From positions 448,001 to 512,000 of the forward strand of contig OZ250150.1 of the NCBI GenBank assembly GCA_965237675.1: DNA of 64,000 nt, given 5' to 3'. Origin of the DNA: Candidatus Latescibacterota bacterium (GTDB lineage: Bacteria > Latescibacterota > UBA2968 > GCA-2709665). A model generated the notes under the pieces. It saw only the letters and a list, made by a program, of their open reading frames with translations. It had not been told where the DNA came from and ran no database searches. Positions 44,025 to 53,241 of the stretch are shown here, in pieces; position 1 is the first letter of the stretch; each line of letters begins with the position of its first letter. The position numbers and the translations under genes are program-made.

Positions 44025-46121
44025 ATGAAACATCGGAAGATACAGCGGATCGCCTTCCTTCAGGACTATCGGAACCGGCCGGAATCCCTTGCGGACGAGA
44101 TTCCGGAGGTGGCCGGCCTGGGTTACCACGAGGTGACGGTATCGGCCCGGATCGGGCACGAAGAGGCCGTAAAGGTAGTGGCCCGGAAGGCAGAGGAATA
44201 CGGTCTCGAGGTGTCGACGTTTACCGGATTTATGAAATATGCCTATGAGCACCTGGCCGAGCATCCCGAACAGAAGACCGTATTCAGCAAAGATGCGGAC
44301 CACGAGGAACTGGGAAACCTGCCGGCCGTGTGGGGCTGCCCATATAACGAGGTGTTTCAGAAGCGGTACCTCGATTTTCTGGAAAACCTGGGTGGGATTC
44401 CGAATCTCACGGAAGTCTGGGTGAACGACGAAGCGTATTTCGGCAGGGACGTGGACCTTCTGGCGTGTTACTGCCGGACCTGCCAGGCGGACTGGGAAAG
44501 AGAATACGGCGGGCGGATCCCCATGCCGCCTTTCAAGGATCTGGACGAGAAAGCGCGGCTGGTCACCTGGCGATTCCGCCGGTGGAACGACGTGCACGGA
44601 AGAATGAAAACAGCGCTGAACCATGATCACCGGGTCCGGGCGGTATTTCAGAGCGGCCCGCAACCCTTCTGGGACATCAATCCATGGGTGTGCGGCATGG
44701 ACATCGACGGCATGGTCGAGGCCATAGACGGCCTGGCCGTGGATGCCTACTACACGTGCGTGCTGCCGGCGGTGGGCAGCGGGTTGTTCACGCCGCCCGA
44801 GATATTTCTGAGCGAGTGCTGTCGTTTCATCCAGGGGATGACGCTGGGAGAGGACAAGGTGAGCGTGATGCTGGCGCAGGGCATGTCTCATCCCGAATTC
44901 CACCGGCCGCTGGACGAACGTGACGGATGGTGGCAGGCCGTGGTTCCGCCCGCCCTCGGCGTGGATCGCGTGACGACGTATACGTACCGGCTCCAGCGGG
45001 TGTCGCCGATGCACCGGACCTTCCAGGACGCGTTTCGTCTGGACCCCTACTTCGAACGCACCGAACCCGTGGTCTCCGTTGCGGTGGTGGACAGCCTGGA
45101 GACCCAGTGTTACGACGAGTCGTTACCCGCCAGGGGCCGCGAGAACTGGCGCATGAGCCGGATGTTCTCCATGGGCCAGATGGCCTCGCATAACGGTCTC
45201 TCACACGGATATCTGCCTTCATCAAAGCTGACTCCGGAACATCTGGAAGGGTATCCGGTGGTGGTGCTGCCCAATGTCTCCTGCCTGTCCTCCAGCCAGC
45301 GAGACGCGCTCCTGGCGTACGTGCGGGGTGGCGGCACGCTGGTGGCGGCGGGAGAGACGGCCACCAGGAACGAGATGGGACGCCCTTCGAACGGGTCGTT
45401 TCTCAAGGAGGCATTCGGGATTACGTCGTGTACACCCCACGAGGGTTCCCGCATCTTCGAGGCCACCAGCGACCACGAGGCGTTCGAGAACCTGCCGTGG
45501 CCCGACGAGAGGACGGCCTGGGACCCCTGGAAGGGCAATAACCGCCCTGTCCTCGGGCTCGACCTGGCGGTCGAAGCGGAGGCGGACGGCACGGCCGATG
45601 TGCTGGCGGTCTTCGAGGAAGCAGGGCCCCTGGGACCACGTCCGGCGATCACACTGAAGCGACTTGGGGCCGGCTGGGGCGTGTTCGTGGCGGGCATCCC
45701 GTCCCGGTGGCTGGATCTGAGACCGGCGGGCACCAATGTGCTCAGTTTTTCCCGCCAGGTGGTGGCGCAACTGATCCTGTCGCTTGTGGGAGACAGGCTG
45801 CCCGTAGTGGTGAATGGCTTTCCGCCGAGGGTGCCTTTGCAGGAGGTCAGGCCGCTGGATATCCGCTGGAAGCCGACCGTGGAGATCATGCCCTCCGTGG
45901 GCGAGGACCTGATCCTGGTGACGGTGCCTTCCTATTTCAGAGAGCCCGGCGCGTTCCGGATCGAAGCCAGGCTGCCGGAGGGCAGGCGATGCGGCGAGGT
46001 GCGGGAACTGGTGTCGGATCAGCCCGTTACCGAGACCAGACAGAATGAGGGTACCGTGGAGATCGATGTCAACCTGACCACCGAGGATTTCTTGAAAGTG
46101 TATGCCTTCTCTCTGATTTAG
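44025..46121 (+). CDS. GH42-like TIM-barrel protein with beta-galactosidase trimerisation domain
   Basis: CPYN, VNDEA, CYCRTCQ, VVLPNVSCLS, YVRGGGTLVA; paralogue of 53242-55263. Confidence 0.65.
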   Translation: MKHRKIQRIAFLQDYRNRPESLADEIPEVAGLGYHEVTVSARIGHEEAVKVVARKAEEYGLEVSTFTGFMKYAYEHLAEHPEQKTVFSKDADHEELGNLPAVWGCPYNEVFQKRYLDFLENLGGIPNLTEVWVNDEAYFGRDVDLLACYCRTCQADWEREYGGRIPMPPFKDLDEKARLVTWRFRRWNDVHGRMKTALNHDHRVRAVFQSGPQPFWDINPWVCGMDIDGMVEAIDGLAVDAYYTCVLPAVGSGLFTPPEIFLSECCRFIQGMTLGEDKVSVMLAQGMSHPEFHRPLDERDGWWQAVVPPALGVDRVTTYTYRLQRVSPMHRTFQDAFRLDPYFERTEPVVSVAVVDSLETQCYDESLPARGRENWRMSRMFSMGQMASHNGLSHGYLPSSKLTPEHLEGYPVVVLPNVSCLSSSQRDALLAYVRGGGTLVAAGETATRNEMGRPSNGSFLKEAFGITSCTPHEGSRIFEATSDHEAFENLPWPDERTAWDPWKGNNRPVLGLDLAVEAEADGTADVLAVFEEAGPLGPRPAITLKRLGAGWGVFVAGIPSRWLDLRPAGTNVLSFSRQVVAQLILSLVGDRLPVVVNGFPPRVPLQEVRPLDIRWKPTVEIMPSVGEDLILVTVPSYFREPGAFRIEARLPEGRRCGEVRELVSDQPVTETRQNEGTVEIDVNLTTEDFLKVYAFSLI

Positions 46122-46169
46122 ACGTAACCGGCCGTGCCTACGCCTTTCTGTCCAATTACTCGTCCACTA

Positions 46170-46604
46170 TCACGAACGTGGGTACCGCGACCGGATGCAG
46201 GCGTCCACGCCGTATTTTCCCGAGCCAACCAGAAGAAACATCACTGCGATGGCCAGGTACAGAAGCGCCATCTCCTTTATGCCGAACGGGTCGGCCGCAT
46301 GTACGCCAAATGCGGCGACCATCATCGTAAATCCCATAAAGAACGTGCCTGGCCGCGTCAGTAGTCCCAACGCCAGCAACAGCCCACCGCCGAATTCCCC
46401 GAATGCGGCCGCCCAGGCGAAAAACTCGGGTAAGGGAAATCCCAGTTTTGCCGTACCGGCCACGAGCCCGGCGGAAGGCGGGATCTTTCCGATGCCGTGC
46501 CCAAATGCTATACTCAGCCCGGAAATTACCCTCAGGATCGCCAATCCCAGATTTGCCTTATCGGAATCGATATCCGCACCGCCGAATAACAGTTCCCTGT
46601 ACAT
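46170..46604 (-). CDS. DoxX family membrane protein
   Basis: LRVISG...HGIGK, EFGGGLLLALGLLTR, GSGKYGVD. Confidence 0.9.
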   Translation of the reverse strand: MYRELLFGGADIDSDKANLGLAILRVISGLSIAFGHGIGKIPPSAGLVAGTAKLGFPLPEFFAWAAAFGEFGGGLLLALGLLTRPGTFFMGFTMMVAAFGVHAADPFGIKEMALLYLAIAVMFLLVGSGKYGVDACIRSRYPRS

Positions 46605-46732
46605 ACGTCTTCTCCCTGTTGTGGAATGGATCAATACGTGAACGTACCAGTTCCTTACAATGATCTATAGATCTGAGCCACAGCGACAATCACGTCTCAA
46701 ATGCCGGGCCGTACGGACTTTAGAGTCGCTTC

Positions 46733-47485
46733 CTACTCGACGAGTGGAACAAAGTCCTTACTCGTCATCGGTTTGTGCTTTTTCCAACGAGCCTTCATCT
46801 CGATCAGAACGCGCTGTTTCGATGGCGCAGGTAACGGATTCACGCGAACCACCTTGGCACGATAGTCTCCGGGCGACTCAGCCATCGCCTTGAACAAATC
46901 GTTCACTAGGTAACGTGGCGTCCATCCGATCATATAGTAGTCATCAGCGGTCTGGATTTGCACAGCCAGACCGGTCTTCGGATTGGTCAACTCAAGCGTA
47001 ACGTAAAGCTGGTCGCCGGCTTCAAGGCGCTCGATCCGCTTCTGCGCGGATTCATTGACGTGCCGCCAGCCATGGAGAAAGAACCGGCAGACAAAACTCC
47101 CATCTTCGTCTTTTTCGAGTTTTGGAAAAACCTCGTACGCATCTGTCACCCGGGAACCGCCGCTTGCCGACAGAATCTCAATGGGATCGGCGCCCACATG
47201 CAGGTCGAGATAACTGAGATAATCGGCAAAGTCCGGTCTCGCCCGGTTGATCACCCGATTCTGGAAGAGCGGAAAGAGTCTCGGCGAATCGTATCTTTCT
47301 TCCAATCTGGGAAACTCGATTAGTGGCGGAAATCCTGCCTCAACCTTAGCGCGTTTCGCCCCTTCAATGTATCGGAATTGATAGAGCGGGCGTTCGATAT
47401 CGGCATCCAACCGGCCCACCGGGAACCACTGCCTGCTCGGTTCTTTTTTGTGCTGCCACGCTAGATATAAAGTTCTAACACTCAC
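46733..47485 (-). CDS. HIRAN-domain protein (partner of a HipA-like kinase)
   Basis: LYLAWQ...WFPVGRL, LFPLFQNRV, TDAYEVFP, FFLHGWRH, ELTNP, IGWTPRYL. Confidence 0.75.
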   Translation of the reverse strand: MSVRTLYLAWQHKKEPSRQWFPVGRLDADIERPLYQFRYIEGAKRAKVEAGFPPLIEFPRLEERYDSPRLFPLFQNRVINRARPDFADYLSYLDLHVGADPIEILSASGGSRVTDAYEVFPKLEKDEDGSFVCRFFLHGWRHVNESAQKRIERLEAGDQLYVTLELTNPKTGLAVQIQTADDYYMIGWTPRYLVNDLFKAMAESPGDYRAKVVRVNPLPAPSKQRVLIEMKARWKKHKPMTSKDFVPLVE

Positions 47486-48384
47486 TGAACAAGCCCTCCT
47501 AACTGCTCAATACTATAGCGCATCTGCGCGATGGCGAACTTTCTCGCCGAAGGTGACATCCAACTGCAGGGCACGCGGTCCACAAGTTCAATCAAGGATC
47601 CTTGGTCCAGGCTTTTGAGATTCTCTATTGCAGGAAGGAAGAAATCCGGATAGCTGCGAGTTGAACGTCGAGCGAGTTCGAGTGGGCTAGGGCCGTGCTG
47701 ATCTTCCTCCGACCAGAAAATCGCCCCGTGCCCTCTTTCGACATAGTCGCCTACCCTATTCTCATCCAATAGCCTGTTGCGGCGCTCGTCTCGGAGCTCT
47801 CGGCCCAACGAGGACGCATGATCGAAAGACGGTGCCAACAACCACTCCAAGTCCGCGCCGGCAAGATCAAACAGAATTCCCCAGTTCTCGTGATGACGAT
47901 CAGTATTGCCAATCAGTGCGTCCAGAACAAGGTACTCTGCGATGCAGAGTTTCCCTTGCATCTTTGCTTCGGATTCTACGAAAACCTCGTCCATTACTTG
48001 CCAGATATTCTTCAGCGTATGACTCGACTGATCGTATTTCCTTCCGGCTACGTAACCGCGAACAAACCATTCCAACATTTGGTTGCCGTGGACCAGCTCC
48101 TGTTCATCATGCACGAACGACTCCGTTACAGATCCTCGCACACCTTCAAAAATCGCCAATTCTACCGTCGCGTGTCGAATGTCCAGCAGCTCGGCGATCT
48201 CAGCAGCGATCTTCTCGGCCCATTGCTCCCCAGTATCCTCTCAAGGGTATTTGAAGAGCCACACGCTTTCATTTTTCCCGGGACGACGATACCAGAACTT
48301 CCTCTTGCTTCCCATTTCCTCCGGATCGAGGATCCATTCTTGTTTTACTTCATTTTCTTCGAAGTAAGCCGAGGATTTACTCAT
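47482..48384 (-). pseudogene. HipA/CtkA-like kinase with an in-frame TGA at codon 48
   Basis: MGSKRKFW...LFKYP*EDTGEQWAEKIAAE...DALIGNTDRHHENWG...APSFDHASSLG; stop at 48241-48243, frame otherwise open. Confidence 0.8.
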
Positions 48385-49070
48385 CTGACAATTGGATCAG
48401 GCTACCCATTCAAGCACCCTGCGGCGGCGCGGATTATTGAATTGCGGCACGACGAAGCCGATTTACAATTTTCTTGACGCCCGTGACTCTATATCGGTTG
48501 CAGCGAATCTTTAATGGCTGAGCGAATGGTTGAAGTCGAGATCGCGAATTCTTCCAGGGGCACTGATACGTTTGAGGCCATGTTTGAGCGTTCATTTGAC
48601 GGTTAACTCTCGTAGATTTGCTTGCCCCTCCGGGTGCTCGGATTGGTTTCCAAAGGGTTTGCTACGCCAGGCACGATCTTTCTCAATCTAGCAGGCGAAT
48701 CGGTCACGCACAACCCTCTTGACCGAAAAAAAATCCGCCTCGGCTTGCGTTGTCAATCGTGTTGCTCTTTGGAGTCCATAAGATTACCTTACGCCTAATA
48801 AAAACTCTTTCCATGCAGCCCGTAATCGGCCCATTCAATCTCGTTTGAAACCCCACTCGACCCTGCGACCATAATACCAAAAGCCAGCACCGCGAACGAT
48901 ACGACTCGGAGCTGCGCAGCATAGGAGGATCCCGCCTATTTTTCAACGCCGCCAGCGTTCCAAGTATAGTACATAACGCACTGAAAAGCAAGATTCGTCC
49001 AATCCCATGCTCTTGTTTGGCACGGGCGGCAACTATTGGGCTATCGTCTGAAATGAAAGGAGAAAAGCGC

Positions 49071-50231
49071 ATGAAGATAACGGACGTGAAGGTCCTGCCG
49101 ATCGATCGGTATCTCTTTGTCCAGGTTCTTACGGATGAGGGATTTGTGGGGCTGGGTGAATCGGGCGCGTGGGGATACCTGGAGGCGTCGGGAGAGGTGG
49201 TCAAGAGCTTCAGGGAATACCTCATTGGCAAGGACCCCCTGCGAATCGAACACCACTGGCAGGTACTGTATCGGTGCACGCATTTTCGCGGCGCGGCGAT
49301 TATGGGAGCCCTGAGTGCGATTGATATCGCCCTCTGGGATATCGCGGGCAAATTTTTCGGCGTGCCCGTCTACCAGCTTCTGGGTGGCAAATGCCGGGAC
49401 AAGGCCCGTGTCTACGGGCACGTGATCGGCCGTACCAAAGAGGAGCTTCTGAGAGGCTGCGTGCAGGCCAAGGCGGAGGGGTATACGGCCGTGGGACACC
49501 TGACGCCCTTTCTGGATGAGTCGCGAAACGTGCCCTATTACAAGACCCACGCGGACAAGATTCAGGATGCGATTCAGACGGTGGCGGCGTACCGGGAGGC
49601 GGTCGGCGACGACGTGGACCTGTGTATTGAAATCCACCGGCGACTGGACCCGGCCGAAGCCATCGTGCTTGGCAGGGCTATTGAACCCTATCGCCCGTTT
49701 TTCTACGAGGATCCCATCCGGCCTGACAATATCGACGCCATGGCCGAGGTGGCGCAGAAGATCGCGGTTCCGATTGCGACCGGGGAACGCATCCACACGA
49801 TCTACGAATTCGAAATGCTCCTGACGCGCAACGCGGTCCAGTACGTGAGGCCGGACGTCTGCATGGCCGGCGGCATCACCCACTGCAAGAAGATCGCGGC
49901 CCTCGCCGAAGCGCACTACGTGGACGTGGTGCCGCACAATCCGCTCAGCCCGGTGAGTACGGCCGCGTGCGTACAACTTGCGGCGTGCATACCCAATTTC
50001 GCATTGCAGGAGTACCCGAGGGGTGAAGGCGAACCGCCGAAAAGCGAAATCGTATCGGGCACGCTCACGCTGGAAGACGGATTCCTGATCATTCCCGATG
50101 CTCCGGGTATCGGCGTGGAACTCGTGGAAGGCGCCATGGAAAAATACCCGTTCCTCTCGCACCGGCCGCTGCTGGATGAGGGAATGATGGTTACCAGGCT
50201 CCACGTGGACGGATCGGTGGTGGATCAGTAG
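49071..50231 (+). CDS. Mandelate racemase/enolase-superfamily acid-sugar dehydratase (galactonate dehydratase-like)
   Basis: TDEGFVGLGE, AIDIALWDIAGK, IEIH, FYEDP, ATGER, PHNP. Confidence 0.85.
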   Translation: MKITDVKVLPIDRYLFVQVLTDEGFVGLGESGAWGYLEASGEVVKSFREYLIGKDPLRIEHHWQVLYRCTHFRGAAIMGALSAIDIALWDIAGKFFGVPVYQLLGGKCRDKARVYGHVIGRTKEELLRGCVQAKAEGYTAVGHLTPFLDESRNVPYYKTHADKIQDAIQTVAAYREAVGDDVDLCIEIHRRLDPAEAIVLGRAIEPYRPFFYEDPIRPDNIDAMAEVAQKIAVPIATGERIHTIYEFEMLLTRNAVQYVRPDVCMAGGITHCKKIAALAEAHYVDVVPHNPLSPVSTAACVQLAACIPNFALQEYPRGEGEPPKSEIVSGTLTLEDGFLIIPDAPGIGVELVEGAMEKYPFLSHRPLLDEGMMVTRLHVDGSVVDQ

Positions 50232-50310
50232 GAAACAAAACACCGGCCAATCCACAAACTGTAGATTTCCGCACCAGACGCCTGATATTCTAATCACGGG
50301 AGGGCTCGGT

Positions 50311-51105
50311 ATGTCTACCCATATCAGCGACGATCAGTGGGCGAAATTTGAGAATGAAGGGTACGTACGATTTGGAAAGGTGATGGACGACGACGAACTC
50401 ACGGGCCTGCAGCAGCGAATCGACGACATCATGCTCGGCAACGTCAAGGTCCACGATCAGATGTTCATGCAGCTGGACAGCGAGACGGGCGACTACTCGG
50501 AGAAACGGATCACAACGAGAGGGCACCAGGTATCGACGTTGAACTATCGAAAGATCCAGGACCTCGAGTTCGACCCTTTGTTCCTGTCCTACATGCAGAA
50601 ACCCGTTTTCCGCGAGATCTGCGCGAGGGCCTACGGTCCGGAGACGCCGATATCCTGCTACCGGGCCATGTTTATGAACAAGCCGGCGGGGAAGGGTACA
50701 AACCTTCCCTGGCACCAGGACCGGTTTAGCATTCTCGACACGGATCCGATCGTAACCGTGTGGACGGCGCTGGATCGGGTGTCGGTTGAAAACGGCTGCG
50801 TCGGGATCGTGCCCGGATCCCACAGAGGCACCTTCGACCAGGACGATTCGGCCGGCTTCGCCTTTCTGACCGACGAGCAGGCCACCGCCGTCCTGGCCGG
50901 AGAAGAGCATGAATACCTGGAAATGGAGGCGGGGGAAGCGACCCTGTTGCACAACTGGCTGCTCCACGGATCGGGCGTGAACAAGACCAACTCCTCCCGA
51001 CGTGGGTTCAGCGTATGTTACATGGACGCCGCCACAAGATCCGACATGGGGAACGCGTATTCCATCATTTTCGGAGAGGGCGCCATGAGTCCAGCGAGTT
51101 CATAA
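50311..51105 (+). CDS. Phytanoyl-CoA dioxygenase (PhyH) family Fe/2OG enzyme
   Basis: PWHQD, WTALD, NGC..VPGSH, LLHGS, RR. Confidence 0.88.
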   Translation: MSTHISDDQWAKFENEGYVRFGKVMDDDELTGLQQRIDDIMLGNVKVHDQMFMQLDSETGDYSEKRITTRGHQVSTLNYRKIQDLEFDPLFLSYMQKPVFREICARAYGPETPISCYRAMFMNKPAGKGTNLPWHQDRFSILDTDPIVTVWTALDRVSVENGCVGIVPGSHRGTFDQDDSAGFAFLTDEQATAVLAGEEHEYLEMEAGEATLLHNWLLHGSGVNKTNSSRRGFSVCYMDAATRSDMGNAYSIIFGEGAMSPASS

Positions 51106-51144
51106 ATCGTAACGCCGATTCTTCTTCCGTAGAGGATTTCACCA

Positions 51145-53160
51145 TTGAATACCGCAGCGGCGAGAGAGCGGAAACCTCCGGCTCCGGCGCCTGGCAATGA
51201 AACTGCCGCGCGGGATGGTCTGACGCCCCGAGCGTTCGGAATCGGCCTCGTCCTGTGCGGTCTGATGTGCCTGGGCCTGACCTACAACCGGATGATCACC
51301 CAGGGTTCCTTTCTGGGCGGCGGGTATTACATGGACCGGGGCGCGCTGTTCGTGTTGTTCCTCCTGGTCGTGGCCGCAAATCCGTTGCTGGGCGTGATCA
51401 AGAAACGGTTTGTCCTCACGCGCGGCGAACTGCTTGCCATTTACACCATGTTTCTCATTCTCCTGCCCGCCTGGGTGATGACCAAGCCGGTGATTCTCTA
51501 TACGACCGGCACGATCTACCACGCGACGCCGGAGTTGCGTCATATCGAGGCCGTGCCCCCCCACCTGCTCCCGTGGCTGGTGCCGCAGGGGGAAGGGACA
51601 GTCAAGGATCTCTACGAAGGCCTGCCGAAGGGAGATTCGATTCCGTGGCTGGGATGGGTGCTGCCCCTGTGGAGTTGGGGATCTTTCCTGGTCGTCCTCT
51701 TCATCGTGCTAATCTGCCTGGGCGTGCTGATGCGGCGGCAATGGGAGGAACACGAGCGGTTTGCGTTTCCCCTGATGCAGGTGCCGCTTGCAATGGTTGA
51801 AGCTGGAAACGGACGGTTCGCACCGGTGTTCAGAAGCCGGTTGCTGGCTGCCGGATTTGGGATTCCTTCTCTGGTCGGCATGCTGCGGGGGCTGCGGTAC
51901 TACTTTCCCAATATCCCGATCATCAACCTGGGAACCCACGTGCGAATCTTCCGGCGCACGATGGTTCTGCCCTTCAAGATCCATTTCCTGGTGCTCGGAT
52001 ATTCCTATTTCATCAATTTGGACGTGAGTTTCAGCCTGTGGGTCATCAACCTGATTACAAAGGTCATTCGGGGCGCGCTGGCGATGGTCGGCGCGGGCCA
52101 GACCTGGGGTGTGTCCGGGGTCGTGGGCCGTTACAGTTCTCAGGGGTCCGAGTTCCTGGCGATGATGGGGATGGGGTATATCCTGGCCCTGGCAGCGTAT
52201 AGCCTGTACGTGGCGAGGGGCCACCTGCGGCAGGTGTGGGCAAAGATTCGCGGCAGATCGTCGCACCTGAAGGACTCGGACGAGATCATTCCCTACCGGA
52301 CGGCGTTGCTGGGCGTCGGTCTGGGCGTGGGTTATCTCGGATTGTGGCTCTACCAGTCGGGGATTTCGGCGCCGCTGGTTCTGTTTCTGCTTATTTCCAG
52401 TCTCACTGTCTTTTTCGTGATGGCCCGGATCGTAAGTGAAACGGGCTTTGTTGCGACGTATTCACCCATCAATCCGTCCGAGTTCGTGGTGTGCGCGGTG
52501 GGATCCTCGGTGTTCAGTCCGGCGGGCCTGGCGACCCTGGGCATCAGCTACGTTTGGACGATGACGCGCAGAAACACACTGATGCCGCACGCTATGGGCG
52601 CCCTGCGGCTGGCGCGGGAAATTGGAAGAAAGCAGGGCTTGGTCTGGGCAATGGGGGTGGCGCTGGCCCTGGGGTTGGTGGCAACGGGATACACGACGTT
52701 GAATCTTGGGTACACGCACGGGGGCGTGAACATCGACTACCCATGGTTCAGTAACGTCAACGACGCCGCGTCTCCATTCGACGAGTTTATCGGACGGCGC
52801 CTTCTCGAACCCAGCCCCGTCTTCAAAATGGGTTTTCTCTATACGGCGTTGGGCACCGCGGTTGCCGCCGTCCTGATCCTGCTTCGGATGCGCCTGCCCT
52901 GGTGGCCGTTTCATCCGGCCGCGCTTCCGTTGAGCACGGTATGGTACATGGACTGGTTCGGATTCAGCGTGTTTCTGGCGTGGGGGATCAAGGCGGTTAT
53001 CCTGAGGGTGGGCGGGGCGGACCTCTACCGGAAGGCGCGTCCGTTTTTTATCGGGATGATTCTGGGGGAAGTCATGTGCTCGGGGGGATGGTCGGTGGTG
53101 AGCGCCTTTACGGGGCGACTCAAAACCTGGCCGTTTATGGGCTACTGGAATTCATCGTGA
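51145..53160 (+). CDS. DUF6785/DUF6784 polytopic membrane protein (putative transporter), paralogue 1
   Basis: GLTPRAF, LTRGELL, RRQWEEHERFAFP, RIVSETG, WWPFHP, RPFFIGMILGE; many TM helices. Confidence 0.78.
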   Translation: MNTAAARERKPPAPAPGNETAARDGLTPRAFGIGLVLCGLMCLGLTYNRMITQGSFLGGGYYMDRGALFVLFLLVVAANPLLGVIKKRFVLTRGELLAIYTMFLILLPAWVMTKPVILYTTGTIYHATPELRHIEAVPPHLLPWLVPQGEGTVKDLYEGLPKGDSIPWLGWVLPLWSWGSFLVVLFIVLICLGVLMRRQWEEHERFAFPLMQVPLAMVEAGNGRFAPVFRSRLLAAGFGIPSLVGMLRGLRYYFPNIPIINLGTHVRIFRRTMVLPFKIHFLVLGYSYFINLDVSFSLWVINLITKVIRGALAMVGAGQTWGVSGVVGRYSSQGSEFLAMMGMGYILALAAYSLYVARGHLRQVWAKIRGRSSHLKDSDEIIPYRTALLGVGLGVGYLGLWLYQSGISAPLVLFLLISSLTVFFVMARIVSETGFVATYSPINPSEFVVCAVGSSVFSPAGLATLGISYVWTMTRRNTLMPHAMGALRLAREIGRKQGLVWAMGVALALGLVATGYTTLNLGYTHGGVNIDYPWFSNVNDAASPFDEFIGRRLLEPSPVFKMGFLYTALGTAVAAVLILLRMRLPWWPFHPAALPLSTVWYMDWFGFSVFLAWGIKAVILRVGGADLYRKARPFFIGMILGEVMCSGGWSVVSAFTGRLKTWPFMGYWNSS

Positions 53161-53241
53161 GTTGCCCCCGGGATGGACGCTGAATAAGTAAGACACGGGT
53201 CGATGGTTCATCATCAACGTATACAGTAGAGGAGGAACGTA

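Noticed and set aside
48241-48243. Selenocysteine or genetic-code reassignment of TGA in the kinase
   Set aside because: Many intact genes here end in TGA, the position is not an expected Cys site, and I see no SECIS-like hairpin.
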